Assembly: GCF_044647545.1 (NCBI RefSeq)
Contig: NZ_CP172818.1
DNA from: Escherichia coli
GTDB lineage: Bacteria > Pseudomonadota > Gammaproteobacteria > Enterobacterales > Enterobacteriaceae
Strand: one strand, 5' to 3'
Length of the DNA stretch: 64,000 bases
Part shown: one piece after another, positions 55,464-64,000 of the stretch
Numbering within the stretch: position 1 is the stretch's first letter
Layout of the letters: the number at the start of each line of letters is the position of its first letter
Notes under the pieces: model-generated
Told to the model about the DNA's origin: nothing
Database searches by the model: none
What the model saw: only the letters and a program-made list of their open reading frames with translations
Translations under genes and position numbers: made by a program

Positions 55464-55883
55464 ATGTTGTTTATCAAGCCTGCGGATCTCCGCGAAATTG
55501 TGACTTTTCCGCTATTTAGCGATCTTGTTCAGTGTGGCTTTCCTTCACCGGCCGCAGATTACATTGAACAGCGCATCGATCTGAATCAACTGTTGATCCA
55601 GCATCCCAGCGCGACTTACTTCGTCAAAGCAAGTGGTGATTCTATGATTGATGGTGGAATTAGTGACGGTGATTTACTGATTGTCGATAGCGCTATTACC
55701 GCCAGCCATGGTGATATTGTCATCGCTGCTGTTGACGGCGAGTTTACGGTGAAAAAATTGCAACTACGCCCGACGGTACAGCTTATTCCCATGAACAGCG
55801 CGTACTCGCCCATTACCATCAGTAGTGAAGATACGCTGGATGTCTTTGGTGTGGTGATCCACGTCGTTAAGGCGATGCGCTGA
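55464..55883 (+). CDS. umuD: UmuD, DNA polymerase V accessory subunit (S24 self-cleaving)
   Basis: 139 aa. Cleavage site CGFPSPA, Ser/Lys dyad GDSM and VKKL. Confidence 0.96.
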   Translation: MLFIKPADLREIVTFPLFSDLVQCGFPSPAADYIEQRIDLNQLLIQHPSATYFVKASGDSMIDGGISDGDLLIVDSAITASHGDIVIAAVDGEFTVKKLQLRPTVQLIPMNSAYSPITISSEDTLDVFGVVIHVVKAMR

Positions 55884-57151
55884 TGTTTGCCCTCTGTGAT
55901 GTAAACGCGTTTTATGCCAGCTGTGAGACGGTGTTTCGCCCTGATTTATGGGGTAAACCAGTGGTTGTGCTATCGAATAATGACGGTTGCGTTATCGCCC
56001 GAAACGCTGAGGCAAAGGCGCTGGGTGTTAAAATGGGCGATCCCTGGTTCAAACAAAAAGATCTGTTTCGTCGCTGTGGCGTGGTTTGCTTTAGCAGCAA
56101 TTATGAGCTTTACGCAGACATGAGCAATCGGGTGATGTCGACGCTGGAAGAACTATCGCCCCGCGTCGAGATTTACAGTATTGATGAGGCATTCTGCGAT
56201 CTGACCGGTGTGCGTAATTGTCGCGATCTGACTGATTTTGGCAGAGAAATTCGCGCAACGGTGCTACAACGAACCCATCTTACTGTTGGTGTGGGGATCG
56301 CCCAGACCAAAACGCTGGCTAAGCTTGCCAATCATGCGGCAAAAAAATGGCAGCGGCAGACGGGTGGGGTGGTGGATTTATCAAATCTGGAACGCCAGCG
56401 TAAATTAATGTCTGCTCTCCCCGTGGATGAAGTCTGGGGGATTGGACGGCGGATCAGCAAAAAACTGGATGCGATGGGGATCAAAACCGTTCTCGATTTG
56501 GCGGATACAGATATCCGGTTTATCCGTAAACATTTTAATGTCGTGCTCGAAAGAACGGTGCGTGAACTGCGCGGCGAACCCTGTTTGCAACTGGAAGAGT
56601 TTGCACCGACGAAGCAGGAAATTATCTGTTCCCGTTCGTTTGGTGAACGCATCACGGATTATACGTCGATGCGGCAGGCCATTTGTAGTTACGCTGCCCG
56701 GGCGGCGGAAAAACTTCGCAGCGAGCATCAATATTGTCGGTTTATCTCCACGTTTATTAAGACGTCACCATTTGCGCTCAATGAACCTTATTACGGCAAT
56801 AGCGCGTCGGTAAAACTGCTGACGCCCACTCAGGACAGCAGGGATATCATTAACGCCGCTACGCGATCTCTGGATGCCATCTGGCAAGCGGGCCATCGTT
56901 ATCAAAAAGCGGGCGTGATGCTGGGGGATTTCTTCAGTCAGGGAGTCGCGCAGCTCAATTTATTCGATGACAACGCACCGCGCCCCGGGAGTGAGCAATT
57001 GATGGCGGTAATGGATACGCTAAATGCTAAAGAGGGCAGAGGAACACTCTATTTTGTCGGGCAGGGGATCCAGCAACAATGGCAGATGAAGCGTGCCATG
57101 CTTTCACCACGTTATACAACGCGAAGTTCTGATTTACTGCGGGTCAAATAA
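55883..57151 (+). CDS. umuC: UmuC, DNA polymerase V catalytic subunit (Y family)
   Basis: 422 aa with motifs DVNAFYASCE and SIDEAF. ATG overlaps the umuD TGA. Confidence 0.96.
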   Translation: MFALCDVNAFYASCETVFRPDLWGKPVVVLSNNDGCVIARNAEAKALGVKMGDPWFKQKDLFRRCGVVCFSSNYELYADMSNRVMSTLEELSPRVEIYSIDEAFCDLTGVRNCRDLTDFGREIRATVLQRTHLTVGVGIAQTKTLAKLANHAAKKWQRQTGGVVDLSNLERQRKLMSALPVDEVWGIGRRISKKLDAMGIKTVLDLADTDIRFIRKHFNVVLERTVRELRGEPCLQLEEFAPTKQEIICSRSFGERITDYTSMRQAICSYAARAAEKLRSEHQYCRFISTFIKTSPFALNEPYYGNSASVKLLTPTQDSRDIINAATRSLDAIWQAGHRYQKAGVMLGDFFSQGVAQLNLFDDNAPRPGSEQLMAVMDTLNAKEGRGTLYFVGQGIQQQWQMKRAMLSPRYTTRSSDLLRVK

Positions 57152-57163
57152 ACATAGCGGCAG

Positions 57164-57189
57164 GAAAAAAGCGCTCCCGCAGGAGCGCT
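57164..57189 (-). terminator. Hairpin terminator between convergent umuC and dsbB
   Basis: agcgctcc-cgca-ggagcgct, with a T-run on the minus strand (A6 on plus). Confidence 0.7.
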
Positions 57190-57196
57190 GAATGGA

Positions 57197-57727
57197 TTAG
57201 CGACCGAACAGGTCACGTTTTTTCGCTTTAAACGGCTGGGAAATCACCACCAGCACCGCGACAATCAGGTAAGCGATAAAAATACCGAGCAACCACTGCG
57301 GCATTTCCAGACCTAAAAAATCCCACTGACGCTCGGCACAATCGCCAGAGGCGACAAACACTTGCGGCACCCATTTATCCAGCGGCAGCCATTCCGGGAA
57401 ACGAACCATAAAATCACAGGTGGCAAACGGCGAAGGATAGAGCTGAAGCATGGTGTGCTCGTAAGTTAACTGCACACCGCGGAACGCACTATACAACCAG
57501 ATAACCATCGCTACATAACGCAGTGGCGTTTTTGGGGCGATCGCGCCAATCAGCGCAGCACCCAGAACGCCGAATAATGCGCAGCGTTCATAAATACAGA
57601 GCACGCAAGGTTTCAGTAACATCACATGCTGGAACCACAGCGCCGTCAGTTCCAGTGCCAGAGCAGTAAACGCCATCAACAGCCACGCGCCCCGGCCTTG
57701 TGAACATTGGTTCAAAAATCGCAACAT
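57197..57727 (-). CDS. dsbB: Disulfide oxidoreductase DsbB
   Basis: Trimmed to ATG 57727 ([15 protein letters not shown]). 176 aa, four TM segments, CVLC redox pair. Confidence 0.95.
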   Translation of the reverse strand: MLRFLNQCSQGRGAWLLMAFTALALELTALWFQHVMLLKPCVLCIYERCALFGVLGAALIGAIAPKTPLRYVAMVIWLYSAFRGVQLTYEHTMLQLYPSPFATCDFMVRFPEWLPLDKWVPQVFVASGDCAERQWDFLGLEMPQWLLGIFIAYLIVAVLVVISQPFKAKKRDLFGR

Positions 57728-57829
57728 AATCATTTCCCTGCAATATGCATAGAGTGCGCAGTTTAAACCAATTCATTCGCTGCGCCACCAGGAGGCAGCA
57801 AAAATAGGACGCAATTGGACAATTATCGG

Positions 57830-57863
57830 GCGAAAAGGCAAACCGGGCATTTATATGCCCGGT
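57830..57863 (-). terminator. Terminator of nhaB
   Basis: 9-bp stem accgggcat/atgcccggt. The minus strand follows with tttgcctttt. Confidence 0.6.
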
Positions 57864-57872
57864 AAGTTGTTA

Positions 57873-59414
57873 TCAAAGCGTTGCTATCCAGCCCATTTGC
57901 ATAAACCATTCGGTTACAGGGGCAAGCGTAAACTCGACGCAGAGCAGTCCGACGAGTGTCAGTACGAGGGTGTAAGGCAGGGCCATCCACACCATGCGGC
58001 CATAAGAGAGGCGAATCAATGGCGCGAGTGCAGAGGTCAGCAGGAACAGGAACGCAGCCTGACCGTTCGGTGTAGCGACAGAGGGCAGATTGGTACCGGT
58101 ATTAATGGCGACCGCCAGCAGCTCGTATTGCTTCAACGTGATAGCGCCACTTTCCATTGCCGCTTTCGCTTCGTTGATATAAATCGTCCCCACGAAGACA
58201 TTATCCGAAATGGATGACAGCAGGCCGTTAAAAATATAGAACAACGACAGCTGGGCGTGTTCCGATGCCTGTAGGACAAAATGAATGATTGGTGAGAACA
58301 GTTGCTGATCAATAATTACCGCGACGACCGAGAAAAAGACAGTCAACAGTGCGGTGAATGGCAGAGATTCGGTGAAGGCTTTACCGATAGCATGTTCATC
58401 AGTGACACCAGTCAATGATGTCGCCAGAATAATGACCGACAAACCAATCAGGCCAACCTCCGCCAGATGCAACGCCAGCGCGGTGACCAGCCAGACGCCG
58501 ATAATCGCCTGGACAATCAGACGAATTTTATCCTGACGGGTACGCTGGTGGCGACTTTGATCGTCAAACTGTTGCAGCACTTCGCGGACTTTCTCCGGCA
58601 GCGTTTCGCCGTAGCCAAAACAACGCAGCTTCTCCACCAGCAGGCAGGTCAACAGGCCACAAATCAGAACCGGAACGGTCACTGGCGACATGCGCAGGAA
58701 GAAATCGCCAAAATGCCAGCCAGCTGCTTTAGCGATGATCAAGTTCTGTGGTTCGCCCACCATGGTCATCACGCCGCCTAATGCGGTGCCAACACCGGCA
58801 TGCATCATCAGGCTGCGCAAAAAGCCACGGAACTGTTCCAGAACCACTTTGTAATGCTTGTCGATATGACTATCGTCTTGCAGGTCGGTATCTTCAGTAC
58901 GGGAAGAGGCAACACGATGATAAATACCATAAAAACCGACTGCGACGCTGATCACCACCGCCACGACGGTTAAGGCATCGAGGAACGCGGAGAGGAACGC
59001 CGCCGCCATGCAAAAAGAGAGCGACAGCAGCATTTTGGAGCGAATGCTTAGCAGCAAACGGGTAAATATGAACAGCAACAGCTGTTTCATAAAATAGATA
59101 CCCGCCACCATAAACATCAGTAACAGCAAGACTTCAAGATTCGCCGCCACCTCTTCACGAACATGTTCCGCGCTGGTCATGCCGATGAATACCGCTTCGA
59201 TAGCCAACAGACCACCGGGGAGCAGCGGATAGCATTTGAGGGCCATCGCCAGAGTGAAAATAAATTCCGCCACCAGCAGCCAACCGGCAACAAAGGGGCT
59301 GATGATGAAAATTAACGGATTAAGAATTAAGAAAATAATGAGGGCGAGTTTGTACCAGTCGGGGGACTGGCCCAAAAAATTGCGCCATAGCGCACGGCCC
59401 CAGGAGATCTCCAT
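57873..59414 (-). CDS. nhaB: Na+/H+ antiporter NhaB
   Basis: Trimmed to ATG 59414 ([22 protein letters not shown]). 513 aa, polytopic. Confidence 0.95.
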   Translation of the reverse strand: MEISWGRALWRNFLGQSPDWYKLALIIFLILNPLIFIISPFVAGWLLVAEFIFTLAMALKCYPLLPGGLLAIEAVFIGMTSAEHVREEVAANLEVLLLLMFMVAGIYFMKQLLLFIFTRLLLSIRSKMLLSLSFCMAAAFLSAFLDALTVVAVVISVAVGFYGIYHRVASSRTEDTDLQDDSHIDKHYKVVLEQFRGFLRSLMMHAGVGTALGGVMTMVGEPQNLIIAKAAGWHFGDFFLRMSPVTVPVLICGLLTCLLVEKLRCFGYGETLPEKVREVLQQFDDQSRHQRTRQDKIRLIVQAIIGVWLVTALALHLAEVGLIGLSVIILATSLTGVTDEHAIGKAFTESLPFTALLTVFFSVVAVIIDQQLFSPIIHFVLQASEHAQLSLFYIFNGLLSSISDNVFVGTIYINEAKAAMESGAITLKQYELLAVAINTGTNLPSVATPNGQAAFLFLLTSALAPLIRLSYGRMVWMALPYTLVLTLVGLLCVEFTLAPVTEWFMQMGWIATL

Positions 59415-59636
59415 GATGGTTTCCCTTACCTTAGAAATAATCAATGATGTTTTTATCTTAGAACGCAAAGCTTAACGGTCAGGAGGGGATCGAGGCAAGT
59501 GTTGATGGTCTGGAGAAAAGAGATGTAGAAAATGAAGCCTTGATCCCTTTTTTCTTCTTTTTGTGTGCTATCAGCGTAGATAGCCCTCTGGTATGATGAG
59601 TCCAACTTTGTTTTGCTGTGTTATGGAAATCTCACT

Positions 59637-60356
59637 ATGGTCATTAAGGCGCAAAGCCCGGCGGGTTTCGCGGAAGAGTACATTATTGAAAGTATCTGGA
59701 ATAACCGCTTCCCTCCCGGGACTATTTTGCCCGCAGAACGTGAACTTTCAGAATTAATTGGCGTAACGCGTACTACGTTACGTGAAGTGTTACAGCGTCT
59801 GGCACGAGATGGCTGGTTGACCATTCAACATGGCAAGCCGACGAAGGTGAATAATTTCTGGGAAACTTCCGGTTTAAATATCCTTGAAACACTGGCGCGA
59901 CTGGATCACGAAAGTGTGCCGCAGCTTATTGATAATTTGCTGTCGGTGCGTACCAATATTTCCACTATTTTTATTCGCACCGCGTTTCGTCAGCATCCCG
60001 ATAAAGCGCAGGAAGTGCTGGCTACCGCTAATGAAGTGGCCGATCACGCCGATGCCTTTGCCGAGCTGGATTACAACATATTCCGCGGTCTGGCGTTTGC
60101 TTCCGGCAACCCGATTTACGGTCTGATCCTTAACGGGATGAAAGGGCTGTATACGCGCATTGGTCGTCACTATTTCGCCAATCCGGAAGCGCGCAGTCTG
60201 GCGCTGGGTTTCTACCACAAACTGTCGGCGTTGTGCAGTGAAGGCGCACACGATCAGGTATACGAAACAGTGCGTCGCTATGGGCATGAGAGCGGCGAGA
60301 TTTGGCACCGGATGCAGAAAAATCTGCCGGGTGATTTAGCCATTCAGGGGCGATAA
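59637..60356 (+). CDS. fadR: Fatty-acid metabolism regulator FadR (GntR family)
   Basis: Trimmed to ATG 59637 ([15 protein letters not shown]). [25 protein letters not shown]. Confidence 0.96.
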
Positions 60357-60375
60357 TCCCTTCCGTTTAAAAAGC

Positions 60376-60399
60376 AAACCCCTCAAACGAGGGGTTTTT
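60376..60399 (+). terminator. Bidirectional Rho-independent terminator (fadR / ycgB)
   Basis: aaacccctc-aaac-gaggggttt, with T5 after it and an A-run before it. Confidence 0.85.
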
Positions 60400-60407
60400 G
60401 GTTGTTT

Positions 60408-61940
60408 TTACAGATTTCCCATTCTTGGCGGGCAACGTTCCAGCAACTCGACGCTGCCGTCTTCGTTTTGCTGTTCCAGCATCACATCAAATCCCCACAG
60501 GCGATGCACATGCTTCAGTACTTCTTTGCGCCCCCGATCCAGCGGTGCGCGATTATGTGGAATGTAACGCAGCGTCAGCGAACGGTCGCCGCGCAAATCC
60601 ACGTTCCAGATCTGAATATTCGGCTCCAGATTACTTAAATTATATTGCGACGATAACCGGTTACGGATCTCCCGATAACCTTCTTCATTATGAATAGCGG
60701 AAATCTCCAGATAATTATGCCGATCGTCGTCCAGCACGGTGAAGAAGCGGAAATCACGCATCACTTTCGGTGATAGGAACTGACTGATAAAGCTCTCATC
60801 TTTGAAATCACGCATCGCAAAATGTAATGTGTCCAGCCAGTCAGAACCGGCGATATCCGGGAACCAGTATTTGTCTTCTTCCGTTGGCGACTGACAAATC
60901 CGTTTAATATCCTGGAACATGGCGAACCCGAGGGCATACGGGTTGATGCCGCTGTACCACGGGCTGTTATAGGGCGGCTGGAAGACCACATTGGTGTGGC
61001 TGTGCAAAAACTCCAGCATAAAACGTTCCGTTACTTTCCCTTCATCATACAGATGGTTAAGGATGGTGTAGTGCCAGAAGGTCGCCCAGCCTTCGTTCAT
61101 CACCTGAGTCTGTTTTTGCGGATAAAAATACTGGCTCACCTTACGCACAATACGCAGGATTTCACGCTGCCATGATTCCAGCAGTGGCGCATTTTTCTCC
61201 ATAAAATAGAGCAAGTTTTCTTGTGGTTCGGACGGATAGCGGCGCGCTTCAGCAACCGTTTTCTCTTCCTCGCGCTTCGGCAGGGTACGCCAGAGCATAT
61301 TGACCTGACTTTGCAGATACTCTTCGCGACTTTTCTGCCGGGCTTTCTCTTCTTGCAGCGAGATTTTTTGCGGGCGTTTGTACCGGTCCACGCCGTAGTT
61401 CATCAGCGCGTGGCACGAGTCCAGAAGCCGTTCTACTTCATCAACGCCATAACGTTCTTCGCACTCGGTAATATATTTACGGGCAAAAATCAGATAATCG
61501 ACAATCGAACTGGCGTCGGTCCAGCTACGGAATAAGTAATTGTTTTTGAAGAAAGAGTTATGCCCATAGCAGGCGTGTGCCATCACCAGCGCTTGCATGG
61601 TAATGGTGTTTTCTTCCATCAGGTAAGCGATACACGGGTTAGAGTTAATGACGATTTCATAGGCCAGTCCTTGCTGACCGTGCTTATACAGCCGTTCAGT
61701 CTCGATAAACTTTTTACCGAATGACCAGTGCGGATAGTTAATTGGCATGCCGACGCTGGAGTAGGCATCCATCATCTGTTCTGAGGTTATCACTTCAATC
61801 TGGTGCGGGTAGGTATCCAGCCGGTAGAGTTTCGCCACCCGGTCTATCTCTGCCAGATAAACATCCAGCAGGTCGAACGTCCAGTCGGGTCCATCGCTCA
61901 AACGTGTGGTGTCCTTATTCATAGAATCGATCGTCGCCAT
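60408..61940 (-). CDS. ycgB: SpoVR-family protein YcgB
   Basis: 510-aa ORF recognised as YcgB. Confidence 0.92.
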   Translation of the reverse strand: MATIDSMNKDTTRLSDGPDWTFDLLDVYLAEIDRVAKLYRLDTYPHQIEVITSEQMMDAYSSVGMPINYPHWSFGKKFIETERLYKHGQQGLAYEIVINSNPCIAYLMEENTITMQALVMAHACYGHNSFFKNNYLFRSWTDASSIVDYLIFARKYITECEERYGVDEVERLLDSCHALMNYGVDRYKRPQKISLQEEKARQKSREEYLQSQVNMLWRTLPKREEEKTVAEARRYPSEPQENLLYFMEKNAPLLESWQREILRIVRKVSQYFYPQKQTQVMNEGWATFWHYTILNHLYDEGKVTERFMLEFLHSHTNVVFQPPYNSPWYSGINPYALGFAMFQDIKRICQSPTEEDKYWFPDIAGSDWLDTLHFAMRDFKDESFISQFLSPKVMRDFRFFTVLDDDRHNYLEISAIHNEEGYREIRNRLSSQYNLSNLEPNIQIWNVDLRGDRSLTLRYIPHNRAPLDRGRKEVLKHVHRLWGFDVMLEQQNEDGSVELLERCPPRMGNL

Positions 61941-62156
61941 ACGCGCACCTCATTGTTGTCGGCGCTCTCTGTGTGGAGCACCTCATTTCAAGCATAGAAC
62001 ACCTGTTAAAAACCGCGTCGCCGGAGAATTTTTTTCTTTGCGATTTCTTATTATTAGAGTGCCACTAATCCGCTTCTGAACGGAATTTTATGCTGGATAA
62101 AAAGGGCGTTCAGCAGGAGATACTAAAGACGCCATATTGCCGCAGAGTCAGGGAGA

Positions 62157-62172
62157 TGTGAGCCAGCTCACC
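62157..62172 (+). promoter_or_regulatory. CRP-binding site upstream of dadA
   Basis: TGTGA-gccagc-TCACC is a 9/10 match to TGTGA-N6-TCACA, about 100 nt upstream of the dadA ATG. Confidence 0.6.
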
Positions 62173-62224
62173 ATAAAAAAGCCATATGTTGAATAATATT
62201 TTCAACTGAGTTATCAAGATGTAA

Positions 62225-63568
<1,344 letters not shown>

Positions 63569-63577
63569 GGAAACGAG

Positions 63578-64000
63578 ATGACCCGTCCGATACAGGCCAG
63601 CCTCGATCTGCAGGCATTAAAACAGAATCTGTCCATTGTCCGGCAGGCCGCGCCGCACGCGCGCGTTTGGTCGGTGGTAAAAGCGAATGCTTACGGGCAC
63701 GGTATTGAGCGTATCTGGAGCGCGCTAGGGGCCACCGATGGCTTTGCATTACTTAATCTGGAAGAGGCAATAACGTTACGTGAGCGCGGCTGGAAAGGAC
63801 CGATCCTGATGCTGGAGGGATTTTTCCATGCACAGGATCTGGAGATTTATGACCAGTACCGCCTGACCACCTGCGTCCACAGCAACTGGCAGCTCAAAGC
63901 ACTGCAAAATGCGCGGCTAAAAGCGCCGTTGGATATTTATCTTAAAGTGAACAGTGGGATGAATCGGTTGGGCTTCCAGCCCGATCGCGTGCTTACCGTC
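63578..64000 (+). CDS. dadX: Catabolic alanine racemase DadX (5' part; runs off the window)
   Basis: My own translation from ATG 63578 gives [18 protein letters not shown]...[10 protein letters not shown] (PLP-lysine motif). The frame is open to the window end. Confidence 0.93.
   Translation, partial: MTRPIQASLDLQALKQNLSIVRQAAPHARVWSVVKANAYGHGIERIWSALGATDGFALLNLEEAITLRERGWKGPILMLEGFFHAQDLEIYDQYRLTTCVHSNWQLKALQNARLKAPLDIYLKVNSGMNRLGFQPDRVLTV

Overview
Escherichia coli chromosomal segment with K-12-like gene order. It is not identical to the K-12 reference as I remember it. Core genes run lolCDE-nagK-cobB-ycfZ-ymfA-potDCBA-pepT-roxA-phoQP-purB-hflD-mnmA-nudJ-rluE-icd (1-21.1 kb). A ~15-kb e14-like defective prophage then sits in the 3' end of icd (about 20.9-36.3 kb). 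It carries ymfD, ymfE, lit, intE, xisE, ymfI, ymfJ, cohE, croE, ymfL, ymfM, terminase/portal/baseplate remnants, a Pin-type invertible tail-fibre segment and mcrA. A low-GC accessory belt follows: icdC remnant, iraM, ycgX, bluR/bluF, ycgZ-ymgA-ariR-ymgC, pdeG, ymgF, decayed autotransporters ycgH and ycgI, and ymgD/ymgG. Core genes resume with minEDC, ycgJ, pliG, ycgLMN, hlyE, umuDC, dsbB, nhaB, fadR, ycgB, dadA and partial dadX. I found no rRNA, tRNA, CRISPR array or IS element. The observations most worth a second look are all in or next to the prophage. (1) A perfect 212-bp direct repeat carrying the icd 3' end and its terminator bounds the prophage. (2) An uncharacterised membrane-protein/SAM-methyltransferase pair (ymfE-ymfD) sits in the att-proximal cargo next to the Lit abortive-infection gene, with an 8 x 8-bp tandem repeat in the divergent promoter region. 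(3) A GC-rich, stem-dense ~0.4-kb non-coding island lies between xisE and ymfI. (4) The tail-fibre inversion switch has intact crossover sites, but its invertase pinE carries two frameshifts and an active-site Arg-to-Cys change, and both the silent cassette and one chaperone gene carry lesions. (5) A third degenerate icd-terminator copy suggests serial integrations, with iraM trapped between copies. All gene names come from my recognition of the translated ORFs, not from any search.
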